64,000 nucleotides of DNA from Protoeuglena noctilucae. Lineage: Eukaryota. The stretch spans positions 434,001-498,000 of the forward strand of contig OY253682.1 of NCBI GenBank assembly GCA_958009085.1, read 5' to 3'. The translations under genes were made by a program, and so were the position numbers. The notes under the pieces were generated by a model. It was not told the origin of the DNA. It did not search any database and saw only the letters and a list, made by a program, of their open reading frames with translations. Positions 1 to 12,722 of the stretch are shown in pieces (position 1 is the first letter of the stretch; every line of letters begins with the position of its first letter).

Positions 1-1758
1 TGGCCCTCCTCGAGCGTGGGCCTCGTCAGGTTGGTCAGGCTGGGGAGCATGTGGGAGAGGAGGAGGAGGAGGCCCGGGGCACCGTGGCATATCTGCACGA
101 GCTTGTCGTTAATTGATCCGAGAGACGAGGGCAGGTTGCCAGTCTGCGTGGGCAAGACAGGGTCTGTCTCAATCGATGTGGGGTTGTGGGGTGGAAGGGG
201 GCGGCACACAGGGCCGGGGCTCGGGTACACGCTGAACAATGCATTTCATCCACCACGCCACCTCGCTGATGGTCGAAAGGAGACGGCCCAGCCCAGCATG
301 CGTGACTTGCCTTGCTGATGGTCGAGATGAGGCCGCCCAGGATGCGCCGGGCCGCCTGCCGGGGGTCTGCGGGGCTCTGATCCTCCAGGAACCCCAGACT
401 GTCCCACCCCACCTCTGACCCTGCCTGCAAGAGGGCCAAGGCGATCCCCGCGTACCCGTGAATGGCGCCCAGGTACACCGACCCATGCCACTGCCAGTGG
501 TGTCCAAACGTCGCCAATGCCTGGGGGGGCAAACGCAGATGTACCTCGCAACTCCCACCGAGCCACTCCCCCGCATCGGAGATCAGTGAGAAACCGCCGG
601 GAGAAACGAAGATGTACCTTGAAACCTCGACCAAGCCACTCCCCTGCATTGGAGGTCATGGTCAACAAGAAACAGCCGGCCCTGACATTCCCATCAAAAG
701 CTGCATCTCTCACCTCCACTGCGACGTTGCCGCCCTCCGCTGCGCCGCCCTCCGCCTCCAGTTCGTCCATCTGCTCGCCCGCCGACAGGATTTGATCCAT
801 GACGTCTCGACACAGCCCCGACGCCACGGCCCCTGGCCCACGCAGCCGCTCCAGAAAGGCCAGGGACCACAGGTACCCAGCCCGGCCATATAGCAGCTGC
901 GGGAAATGCGAGGAGGCGCAGGGAGCTCGCCAGAGGCCCGGAGTAGTGTGCCGGGCTTGGTCGGCAGGTCACGCTGCACAGAGCAACGATGGCATCGGCA
1001 CCCTGAGCATGTATGGGCACCCCTTGCTGTGCCTGGCCACCCGCTGCGCTTGCACACAACAACTCGTCCCCTCCCACCTCGCATTCCCCCGCGGGCATCG
1101 CCGCCACCTCCTGTGCCATCCCTTCCAGCTTGCGCCTTGCCGCCTCCGCCTCCTCCATTCGCCCGGCCTGCGCGGCAGCCACCACGCGCAGCGCCAGCGC
1201 CCCGGACGAGCCCTCCAGGAACGTGACTCGTGATTTGCTGAAACGCATCCGCTTCTCCAGAATGCTCAGCCAGGTGTCGGCCTTGGCGACGCAGTGCTGC
1301 GCCGTGAGGCCTGGGAGGAAGCGGTGCAGCAGCGCCTCCTTGGGAGAGCCCACGGGGATCTGACTCACGATGTCGCCGATGGCGAGGTACATCAGGCTGC
1401 GCGGGAAGAACGACGGGAGCGGTCTAGGTAATGGCGTTCCTGAGCCGCTGCTCGCGGGAAAGAGCCTCCAGGCGCGCACCTGAGGCCCCCGACACCAGTG
1501 TATATACTCGGTCCTTGCAACCCCTTGGTCAAATCGTGCGAGGCGTAGTTCTCGATCGTCTGGATGGCGCGCGACGCAGCGGACAGGCAGCGGGCCAGGA
1601 CCTCGTCGTCTGGAGGAACCTGCGGTGGATTTCGTCGGAAGCGTTGAGATGAAGAAGCTTCATGCTATGTGCCGGCGAGACAGGGTACGGCAGCGCTGGC
1701 AAATAACCACCTTGTCCTCCCGCATGGTATTCACGAAGTGCCTCGGCTTTGACGACAT
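1..1758 (-). CDS. LanC-like protein (LANCL/GCR2 family), multi-exon, 3' end beyond window start
   Basis: Spliced exons read MSSKPRHFVNTMREDK, SIYTGVGGL|SLMYL, RVTFLEGSSGALAL, E|LLYGRAGYLW, WQWHGSVYLGAIHGYAGI and GNLPSS..DKLVQICHGAPG, which are LanC-like family motifs. ATG at 1758. Confidence 0.88.
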
Positions 1759-2010
1759 CAATCCGCGGCCTGGCAAGAGGTGCCGGTGGCAGGTTTCTGC
1801 TTTCGCCCGCGCAAGTTGGCGAATATTTGCTGGGGAGGAAGAGTGTGAGAAGCAGAAAAACTGGCGAGGGCACTACCAGCCTGGAAACCGCTGCTACAGC
1901 TGATACGCAGCCACAACCTCCACACACGTTTGCCGAGTTCCGTGGGCGCAGCCATGCCCCGGATGGCGGGAAGCCCCGCCATCTGAGAAGGTTGCTTTGA
2001 GGGGGTGGCA

Positions 2011-5000
2011 ATGGCGGGGGACGGCACGGTGCCGGATTGGCTCCTGTCTCATCTCTTGCCGGAAATCGGGGGCCGTACCCGGCGCAAGCGAGCGCAGCCG
2101 CTGAGCAGGACCGGGAGCCACGAAGGTGAGACATGTACCGCGCGGCCAGCTCCACCCTCGACACGCAACCCTCCTGTCGCTGACTGGATTGCAAGCATAC
2201 TTCAGTGGCTTTGCAAGCGAGCCCTGCGGAGTGCCGCTGATTCTCTCAGGCCAGAGCAGGGCCGTGACTGTCCAGGTCAGGGATGGTTGGCGCCGGCGCT
2301 GGCCGAGTTCCCGCTTCTCCTCGCCCCCGCAGGCGACGCGGCGAAGCGGTTGCATCATGACGAACCGCGGCGGCTGCAGTGGCCCCAAATCGCCCACGCG
2401 TACCATTTCTCGATGTCCGCCAACTCCGAGTCCCTGCGTTCGGCGATGGGAGACGTGCCCTTCTTCGCGACCCTTCAACTGTCGGACCAGGCCAACAATC
2501 CCTTGGATCCAGCAGCGGTGCGCCAGCTCGCGAAGCGCGTCGCGGTCACGGCATGCCCCGGACACCATGCACGGCCTCTTGCAGCTGTGCCATCGCGCTC
2601 GCCGCATCCCCGATGCTTCTTCCCTCGCCTCAGTGGGGATCTTCCTTCCTCTGCGACCCCTCCTCGCTGCAATTGATGGACCAGAAGGACCGCTCCGACA
2701 GCCCACTCCCGCTCCGGGGTCCCTGGGCGCTCCGCATGTACGAGGGCGTCGGCCCCACGGCGCCAGGAACGACGCGCCGCATGTCCAATGTCCGTCCGTT
2801 CCGCAGGGGACGCGCCGCCCACGCCTCGCCGCCCCCGACCGCCCCCACGCACGTCGCGTCCGAGGACGTCGCGTCGCATGTTGCCATCGAGCTGCCCCTC
2901 CCCGAGCTCAACCGAGTGCAGATCGCGCGCGCCCGGGAAGAGATATCGCGGGACGTGGCAACGCTCAAGGCACGGATGGCAGAGGAGATAAAGGTGACCT
3001 GATGGTCGCGCTTTGGGCGGAGACTTCACCATGCCGTCCGTCGCTTCCCACTGACCGTTCCGCTGCGCCACACTTGCGCTCATGTAACTACTATGCAGAA
3101 AGGGTCAACCATGGTCGAGCTCCTTCGGTCCCGGGCCCAGCGCGCGCGTGCGGACGAGGCCCCGGTGCGGGAGGCCGACTCGGCGCCTGCCAAGCCACCT
3201 GCAGCCCGGCAACAGCAGGGTCCCACGTCGCGCCTCGACCCACCACGACGCACCACTCTCTCCTCCGGGCAGACGGTGAGCGCTGCGCTGTGCGCTCGGC
3301 CGGCCACTGAGCGTCTAGATGACCTGCTGCACAGCTTTGGCATTTTCAGAGCATTACTAAGGCGTGTCTCGGCAGTGACGATGCACATGCTCTGTGCATT
3401 CTGCGCATGCTTCCATGCCGACATAGCAGAGCTCATTCAAATCATCGTTGGCGTTTCCGCAGAATTTGCTGGGTCCCTGGGAGAGGGCCCCGCACTCCAG
3501 CGACCTGTCCACCGCTCCCTCCGCCCCCGCCACGTTCGCCGGACTCTCTGGCGCGCAGCGGAGCGCCGGCCGCGCCGCCGCGAGCCGCCCGCGGCGCGGC
3601 GCGGAAGGCGCGAGGCGTTCTCCGCACGACACCGCGGCCGGCGACCCGCTTGCAGACAGCGCGGGGCACGAGAGCCGAGGAAGCCGCAGCGCTTACCGAG
3701 GGCCTGCCACGGGGGCAGTGGCGGCGCTGGACTTGTTCCTGGAAGCTGACAACGTGGACGAGCCTGGGGACGACCGGGATGCCTGGGAGCTGCCAGAAAG
3801 CGGTGCCGGGGCCAGGAGGGCTGCGGGGCGCGCCCGCATGGCGCGTGGGACGCGATCGGACACTGAGGGTCTCCCCGCCATCTCTGTGCTCGGAGAAGGC
3901 GTGGATGCGGACGGGTCTCGGGGGAACGCAGACGCCCGGGCCGGGTCGGGTGCCAGGGCGGGGCCCAGCATCCGTGCGAGGAGTGCAATGGGCGCCGTCG
4001 GGGGGGCGCTGCAGCCGCCCAGGGGGGTCGATGGGTCCAGCGTGGGCTCTGGGGCGGCGTCGAGTCGCGAAGGGGTGTTGAACGCGGGCAGCCGGGGCAT
4101 CCGGGGCGCGCCGCTCCTGCCCAGTGTGGGCGAGGATGCATGGGAGGGAGGGGCGTGGACGGCGGGGGGTGTCAGCCAGTGGCAGGTGGCGGAAGAGGAC
4201 GGGGGCGGGGGCGCGCGGTGGGGGCGCAGCAGCGACGGCTGGGCCCGAGGCGGGGAGGCAGTGGACTTGGCGATCGGAGCAGACGCGCGGGGCGGTGCGG
4301 GCAGGGCCGTGCGGGGCCGTGGCGCAGGGCAGTTGGCCCGAGGGTCTGCGGCGTCGACGGGGAGGGGCGGCCGCGGCGGCGACAGGCGCCATGGGGTCGG
4401 CAGGCGCAGCTACGGCTATGCGAGGTCCAGCGAGGGTGGCCAGCGCGGCAGCCGAGGGTGGGAGCAGTCGGGGAGGCCGTCTTCGCACGAGCAGGTGAGG
4501 CGCATGGATAAGTGGCAGTCACGGATGGGTGCACAGGGCACGTGTCATGTAGATGCAATGATGTCTAGCACGTGCGGTTCGTTGGCACTCCACAGAGCAC
4601 AGCACGATCCCCAAGTCGTCCCGTGCCGCACCCGCAGCCTAAGTCCCCGCGGTCCCCGGATCCAACGCTGTTCTCGGCCCCGCGGCACGCCCGGGCATCG
4701 CGAGGCCCCCGGGGTCCCAAGGGCGCTCAGTCAATGATGGAGGGTCTGGATGCAAGCGATGCGCTGGGCAGCTCAACCAAGAGAGGCCTCGCCATCAGCG
4801 CCCCGGAGAAGCCCGGGAGCCCCGGGATGCGGGGAACGAAGAAACGGCCCAAGCACAGCGGGACCAGCCAAGGGGGAAAGACGCCGCCGGGCATCGAGGG
4901 GACGGGGCAGGGCGGCAGGGGACGCAAGGCCCAGGGCAAGCGCGTCGCCGAGGTCGGCTTCAAAGCCAACCAGTTCCTCTCGTGAGTGCTGCTACGCTGC

Positions 5001-8000
5001 TGAAACAATAACGAGTATGATGTTCACAGTTCTCTCCGTTGTGTGCCGGGCGTGCGTCACCAGGCAGACCCCGTTCTCAACTTTCGATTCAACCATCTCC
5101 TACTCTCGCGTGACGTGCAGCGTGAGCGGTGCCGCGGGTCACGTGGCCAAGGCATCGCCCGCGCCTCGCCCGGCGCCCTCGCCGCCGCTGTCGCCCGTCC
5201 TGCCCCCGTCACCCCCGCTGCCACCACCGGAGCCCGAACCGGAACCCGAACCTGTGCCCGAGCCTGAACCAGAGCCAGAGCCCGAGCCCGCCCCCGAGCC
5301 CGAACCTCAGCCTGAGCCAGAGCCCGAGCCTGAGCCCGAGCCTGGTGAGGTCCTCAGATGCGCACAGAACGACAGAACGATCCCACCTTCACTTCCATCA
5401 CATGCAACATCGATGGCTCTCACCGCTGCCACGCAGAGCCCGAGCCAGTGCCGGAGCCCCCACCGCCACCACCCCCGCCCCCGCCCCCGCCACCGATGGA
5501 GGCGCAGGATGGCGACGACGACTCGGACTGGGACGCGATGGGCGTGCGACGGAAGAAGGTTCCCGTGATGGCGTTCGCGGGGCTGCGGTACCCAGAGGCG
5601 CACGCGTCATCCGACGAGGGCGCGAGCGGGAGCGGGGCCGAGGGCTCGCGCAAGGCCCGGCAGCGCGAGCGTCGCTTCGCGGAGGACGACGTGTGGAGCA
5701 AGGGTCTCTTCTTGGTGGGATCGCCCTCGCGGGAGGTCGAGGAGGGCTCCGAGCCGCTGATGAAAATCAAAGGGCGCGGGAGATCAAAAAGCGCGAGGAG
5801 GCGGCGAGGCAGAAGGTGGTGGAGATCCGGACGAAGAAGGAGCAGAAGAGGCGGGTGTTTGAGATGGCGAGGTGAGGGGAGGGCAGGTGCTGCGCCTTGG
5901 CAGGCGAAGGCAGCGTGGGTTGATGGTGTGGTGCTCTGCTTGGGGCGGCTCACACCGTGGGGCTAGGCGAGAGAGGGAGACATGTGCATCACCAGAAATG
6001 TCTGTTTTGTAAACTGCTATCTGTGTCTGCTCACACCTGGTTGCGCTTTTTGGCTGGTTGCCAGGAGCAACGCGCCGGAGCTGTGGGGCAAGGAGGCTCT
6101 GAGGCCGCAGGAGGCGACGCCAGAGGTCAAGGAAAAAGTTGTTGGGCTCCTGCAAACGACCGTTCAAGGCGAGTCAGTCGATGGGCGCAGTGCTGGGCGC
6201 CCTGAGGGCGGTGCAGGCGCCCTGCATGCGGGGCAACGTTTCTTGACACGCCACGCTTGCGCACACGCAGATATGGACCACGCACTGACCCATTTTCGCT
6301 CCCACGTGAGCACCTCCACCGTGCCCAGCCGGGGTGAGCCGGGCCGCGAGGTGGCCAGGGCCGGGCGGCGTGTGCTGCGGCATGGGACCATCCCTACCCA
6401 AACACACAACTGTGCCTGACCGCAGCCCGCACCCCAGCCTCCCAAGACGACGCGGCCGCGATCAACAAGGAGCGTCGCCTTCGCGCCGCCACCACCTTCG
6501 GTCACGAGGTGGAGCCGGAGACTCACCGGGAGACGTCACCGTCGGCCGAAGCCCCCGCAGCGGCACCGGGTGCTGAGCCCGTGCGCTTCCTGCAGGGACT
6601 GAAGGGTGAGCTACAGCTCAGTTCAAAGATCACCCCACTTGTTCACTCGATGTGGGTGTCACTGATACCTCTGCGTGTCTCGACTGCCTGCGGCCCACCG
6701 TCCATCTGCCCTGCTGACCGCTCAAACAAAGTTTCCCGCCACTCCTCCCCGATGCAGCTCCCACCGTGGTCCGCCGCGAGCGCCTCGCCACCCAGGCCTT
6801 CGCGGACGTCCGGGGAAAGTTCAAAGCGGCGCAGGTGGCGGTGACGGCGGCCAGTCGGATGCAAGTGAAGCTCGACCCGATGACCGAGGCAAGTGGCGAG
6901 ATGGGATGCAAGGGCGAAAGCTGGGGAACATGGGCAATGTCATTGTTTGTCCTTACCCTTTTCTGCCAAGCATGATGCTAGGAGATGGGGTGACAGGCGA
7001 CAGATGGACCTGCCAGGTCCTCACAGCAGGATGCTAGACCATACACCTGCCCTACCAGCGTCGCTGTCGCACACTCACGACCTCCCTCTTCCTCTCTGCT
7101 CCCCGCAGGCCCAGCTAAACGCGATGGCCACTCAGCAGAGGCGCGAGTCGGACACCCGCGCCCGGCGCATGCGCCTTAAGAGCGTGGTTCACACCGTGGA
7201 CTTCTCGCTGGGCGCCGTGGAGCGGCAGAGCAGCGTCAGCCGCGCCCGCCAGCCCAGCACGTCGATGTCGACGGGGCGGTCCCGCCTCAGCAGCCAGGTC
7301 GTGAGCGTGGAGCGGGAGAGGGGCGCGTCACAAGTCATGTCCATATCCATCGGTGAGGTCGTGGGGTAGCCAACGGACCACACCCTCTTTGTTTCCGATC
7401 GTACGGCTCACGTGACCCTCGCAACTGTCCCACATCTATCCTTGCCTCCCTCCACACGGGCGCGCTTCCCTCACCGCCACTGCACTGATGTGTTGCCGCC
7501 GAGCCCACCTCGTGCCGCCCAGCACTGCTCGCAGACGCCGACCACGCTCAGGCGAGGCAGCAGCGTCGCAAGAGGGCCGCGTCGCGGTTCCAGAACCACC
7601 CGCCCGCGGCCGCGGACGGCCCGCAACTCACGGCGACAGGAATGACAGCCTCCCGATCCATCCGACCCTCCCGCGCCTCTCGAGTCTCCCACACGTCGCA
7701 CGACACCGAGGAGGTCGTGATCGGGGTGGCGCGCCGAGCGGCGCCAATGCTGCTGCCCGTGTCGCCCTCCCCGTCTGCCACCCCCGCTGGCAGTGCCGCC
7801 GCTGGCCAGTCCAACACCGCCAGCAAGGCCAGCACCCCGCGGCCCACCTTCGGTATGTTCATCCGCACGAGCTCAGGCGGAGAGTCGGAAGAGGAGAGGG
7901 ACGCGGCGCCGTCATCGACGCGGGCCTTCCCAATCGGTGTGCAGAGGCCGGCGTCGCCCCAGGGCAGCCCCGTGGAGCACCGCCCGCGGCTCCGGAGCCG

Positions 8001-10713
8001 ACTCAGCGTGGCGTTCGGGAGGTGCGCGAGAAAGGCCATTTGTTTTTGTCATGCCTTTGATGGCCTTTTGCTTAGCGCGCCCAACACGATTGTCAGTGCG
8101 CAGACCCTTGCCGCCCTGCCCCTGGCGTCTCCTGCAGCGCTGGGGATCGATCCAAAGCGCCCACTGCTACCACTGAGTTGACAAACGAGCGTCAGCACAC
8201 CGCATGCACGCAGGGGCTCTCAGATGGAAGAGGACCAGGAGGCGGGCCGTGCCAGCACTGGCGAGGACGACCGCGTCTACTCACAAGCAGAGGGCAGTCC
8301 GCACGGCGACCACCCGGCGCCCCCGCGGTCCCCGCCACCGGCGACGGCCAAAGAGGTGGTCAAGACGCCGCCGCTGACACCGCCCGAGGGCTTTGTCAGC
8401 CCGCGTCAGGACCGGCGACAGTGCGTCCCAGTTCGGGTGTCAGGGTCCGGGCAGGAGGAGCCTGGGGCGGGGATGGGTCGCTCCCGGCTGTCGGTTCAGT
8501 TGAGGGGTGGCTTGTTTGTGTCCCCCGACGCTGACGAGGGCCACGGTAGGCGTGATGAGGCATTGGCAGAACATGGCCTTCCCGTCAGCGAGGAGGCATC
8601 GCTGATGCACTTCGGTGAGATGGGGGAGATCACGGCGCAGCACACGGAGGTCAGCCTGGCCGGGACTGGGGCCGAGGGTCGCGGGGTGGAGGGAGAGGGC
8701 GAGAGCGAGAGCGAGGGCGGCGGGTTGTCTGTCGAGGCGTCGGCATCGAGGTTGCAGGCGGCGGAAGAGCCGACGAATGCGGTGGCCGAGGAGAGCGCAG
8801 GGCAGCAGCAGCCAGCGAGGTCGGGTCCAGCCCAGCCGGCGGCGCCGATCCTTGCGGTTTCGGCGCTGGGGTCGAATGCGATGCGCGCACGGGCGCTGCT
8901 GGAGCCCGCCGCGCGTTTCCTGATCCGCGCAGCGAAGAGGGAGATGCGAAAGGCTGCGACGAGGGTTCGGCCGGCGAGGTGAGAGGCGGTTTGCAGGGGT
9001 GGCGCTGGTCGGGGTGCGACCTAGCGCAGTGGGATGCATGGGCTTTCGTGCACCGCCACGGTTGTTTGTTGTGCTCCGTCACGCCATGCCAGACCACACA
9101 CGACATGACCTTTTCACAACGAGCCACCACTTGCTCTCCACGCAGTGACGTCAAGACTTCCATCCCTGCAACCCCGCACACCGACCGGAACGAGGCAGGT
9201 GACGAGCACCGTCTCGTTAGATCCCACTCGACAGCTGTTAGGTTGCTGAATAGACGAAACGTGCACAGATGTGCAGGCGGGTGCCTGTCGTCGCATGCTG
9301 CAGCCCACGACCCTCTCCATCCCTGCCCGCTGCACCGCAGACACCGAGCGAGTCGATAGCCGCTACTCTCCCAGCGCCGGGCGGCGAACGCGGCCCCTGC
9401 ACCCGCCCTGCACCGCTGCCGCCGCCCACGCATCCCACCGGCAGCCGCCCCTTTCCAACCTGGTGCCGGTCCTGCACGCCCGGCTGCCGTTCGTGGACCC
9501 CGCGAACGACGCGACGACTCGTGGGGACCCGAACCGCGCCACGACCCCGCACAGCCCCGGGTGGGTGGACGCGACTGCGCTGCCACGACACCGGTCGCCA
9601 CCGAGGCACGTGCCGCCCATCACCGGCGGCCTCGCGCCGTACGGCGTCGACGCGGCCGTGTTGAGGTCCGCCGCGCGCGTCAAGGCGCCGCACAAGGTCA
9701 TCCCCGAGGAGGCGTTTGAGGGGCGGCCATGGGGGCCTGCTTGGGGCACGCTCGAGGGCATCTTGGTGGCTCAGCCCAAGCTGCTGCAGGAGCCGTGGTG
9801 GAAGCAGCAATCGATGCAGTTCCAGGAGAGCGACTGGGGGGATGGAGATGGACACGCGGCTGTGGCTGCGGCGACGGGGCGGGCAGGTGAGGCGGTAGAG
9901 GGGCCACGGACGGGGGCGCAGTAGCCCTCTGCAGCTGCTAACCCTAACCTCTGTTGAGTGGCTTCCCCCGCAGTGCGGCCAAGGGCGGCGAGCGCAAAGG
10001 CCTCCCCGCCCCGCCAGGCGCATGCGTCGCATCCCGCTCAAGATTCCCATCGAGCACCTCGCACTTTCGAAAGCGTCGACGGCGATGGTGACGGCGACGG
10101 GGAGGACCTGGGTGGCTCAGGGGCAGAGGAGTCGCCGACGTCAAGCCACGCGGGTGCAATCATTTCACGCTCCCGGAGCCCCGACAGCGCCCAGGGCCGG
10201 GCGGCGAGCAGCGCGGGGGGCGAGGAGCCCGTTGGCATGCGTCGGTCGCCGTCCCGGGGCCTGGTCTCTGTCCGGGTGCCAGTGGCGGCGGTGTCGAGTT
10301 TGGACCTGGCCAAGAGGGCAGAGGAGGTCGAGGAGGTGTTGCGCGGGGAGCTGGTGCCGGCGGTGAGAGGAGGGGCGCGGGCTTGCGATAACAACAAGCG
10401 AGGGGCGTGCGGATGAATTGGAGAGCGGTGTGGAGGGCGTCTTGATGTGTTGTACCGCGCTGTGCTCTCTGTTCGCTGCTCCTCGTAGCTGCATCGCGGA
10501 AGGTGCTTGCATCGAGCAGTGTACTGACGCCCTTCTGCTTTTCTCGACTTCGTGCAGCGCACGCGTCGGCTGGTGGGCCACATGGTGGGGCGGATGGAGT
10601 CGATGCGAATGGAGACGGGCGTCACGGGGACGGTGGACGCTGAGGCGTCCGCGACGTTCGCCGAGGGGGGAGAGGCCGTGGAAGGGGATGCACCAGATTT
10701 ATTAGAAGACTAG
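2011..10713 (+). CDS. Large multi-exon low-complexity (Ser/Arg/Pro/Glu-rich) protein of unknown function; may be two genes
   Basis: Chain of ~15 coding-like segments bounded by GT/GC..AG, from MAGDGTVPDWLL (2011) to ...EGDAPDLLED* (TAG 10711-10713). No recognised domain. One -1 frame break near 5745. Confidence 0.55.
5227..5495 (+). repeat. Coding (Glu-Pro)n hexanucleotide repeat plus poly-Pro tract, interrupted by an intron at ~5345-5436
   Basis: GAGCCC/GAACCG/GAGCCT units translate as PEPEPEPEPVPEPEPE..., followed by PPPPPPPPPPPP. Confidence 0.9.
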
Positions 10714-10861
10714 GCGCGGGGCTCAGAGGCCCGCAAAAGTCTCTGGACACTCATTGGGCTAAGCGTGCCGTGCAAGTTCGCGACGTGCCAAACATGCCAC
10801 TTTTGCCAGCTTTTTGCAACGCACTAACGCGCATCCGCTCAACAGGATGTGCGTCGCCTGC

Positions 10862-12194
10862 TCAGCGACCAACGCGCCTTTCACCGCCTCTTGCCGAACC
10901 GTTTGCTGGTGCTGATGAAGCACGGAGTGGGGCGTGTGTCCTTGGCATCCTTCTGCAGATCCTGCGCGCATATTGGAACAAGGCACTTTCAACGCCGAAC
11001 GCACGGTGCCAGGCGGTGCGCGGATGCCGCGATTTGGATGACTCTATGCTCAGCAGCATGCCCTGTTGCTGCCGAACGAGGCAACTCACCCAGATGCTAG
11101 GGAGGAAGCCGTAGGATCCCGGCCCCATGCCTTCCGTTTGAATCTTCCAGCCGCGCTTGGACTTGGACTTATGCTGCAGGGCAAGAGACCTTGCACCCTT
11201 CACACCATGTTCGCACAGCCCCCCAACCACGCTAGCCACCCCCAGCCACCTCCGTCGCTCACCGTCATGGAGGAGTAGCGGACCCCGCTTTCCATGGCAG
11301 CCTCCGCCATGGGCTTGTACTTGCCGAAGCGGACGTCGTAGTCGGCATTGGCGGTGTCGTGTGCCCCGCGCGTGGCCAGGCGAGGCGCACGCGTGTTCAT
11401 CGCGGAGTATTTGAGCGGCGTCTCTCGGAGGAACTGGCTCACGGTGAGCCTCTCGTGCGTCTCGTACATGACGTCAGGCGCTTCCGATGCCGGCCGCCAG
11501 GTGCCGAATCGCGGGGACGGGGAGAAGGCGGCAGCGTATCGAATCCTGCGGGGGCCGTGGACTTATTGGACCTGTGATGCACAGTGCGGCTCCCTCGAGA
11601 CAGGGTGGTTGACATTTATAGCGAGGCGCACTCGCTAGGTGCATCACATCTCAGGCATGGCTGTCTGCTCCCTGCCATGCATGCGCAGACATGCACAGGC
11701 GAAGCAAGGCACCTGGATTGCTCGAGGGACTTGCTGAATCCGCTCTTGGGGCCCATGTCGATGTTGTACACGCCAAACGGCACGGCGTCTCGCTTCCCGT
11801 CCGGGAAGCGCGGGGACGTCGAGCGCATCACCGCATAGCGCCTGGGACTCTCGACGACGCGCTTGCCCAGCGTGCTCTTGGGCCCCTGGTCCGTGTCATA
11901 GAACTCTGCGGGGGCAGCGCGTGGCGGGTGCGCCGGGCGCGCCGGGGCAGGCAACTGGGTCGCGGAAAAGGGCCGCGAAGGCGCCGCACGCGCGGCATGC
12001 GCGGAAGCACGGTGCGAGCCGTGAGAAGACGATCGCACGTGCAATGAACGCGGCGCATTGGGCCTGCCGAGCCCGAGGAGATGGGCCGGGCGCTTGCAAG
12101 GGTGAACTGACTCACCTGCCGGGTGCGTCAAAGCCAGCGGGTACTCCGGGAATCTAGTCCCTGTTATGTTTTCGAATTGTTCCGCTGCGTTCAT
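10862..12194 (-). CDS. Repeat protein, probable ciliary SHIPPO/ODF3-like microtubule-associated protein
   Basis: Five exons with a ~44-aa repeat (YDTDQGPKS..RYAVMRSTSPRF; YNIDMGPKS..RYAAAFSPSPRF; YETHE..KYSAMNTRAPRL; YDVRFGKYK..RYSSM) and a MGPGSY motif. Start codon uncertain. Confidence 0.5.
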
Positions 12195-12722
12195 AAGGAC
12201 CGCTCCCCTCCCATCTCAGGCGCCGGGGACGCCGGGGACTGGCCGCGGGGCACGGAGCCCCAGCCGCGTCACGCCTCCCCCAGCGAACCGCGAGGAACCC
12301 GCGAGACCACAGCGGGGGCACAAACAGTAAAAGAGCTTCAGGCAGGTTGCCTGCACTGCGGGCAAAAGGTCTCCCTCGCGATGAACGGGGCTCTGCATGT
12401 GCGGGCTCTACACGACCGAACCCACCCCCCACTATCTGGGACCGGGCGACACACACAGCCGAGACAATACGGACACACGCGCACGCACAGGCTTCCGAGC
12501 CTGCTTTTTTCACGCCGCACCTGCTGGGCTGTGGTCACGGAGCTCGGCTAATGAGGCCAACACGAAAGCAGTCGTCCGCGAGTCCTAAATGCAGCAACAC
12601 GGCAGAAAACGTGAACTGAACTCGCCACAGGATCTTTAAGCGTTCTGGCTAGGCACGACATGAGCTGGCAGCGGCACGAGCATGCTGACTCTGACAATGG
12701 CCATCCCATCTCACTTGCAAAA

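Noticed and set aside
9938..9949. CTAACCCTAACC as an interstitial telomere repeat
   Set aside because: Only two units, placed where an intron branch point (CTAAC) is expected.
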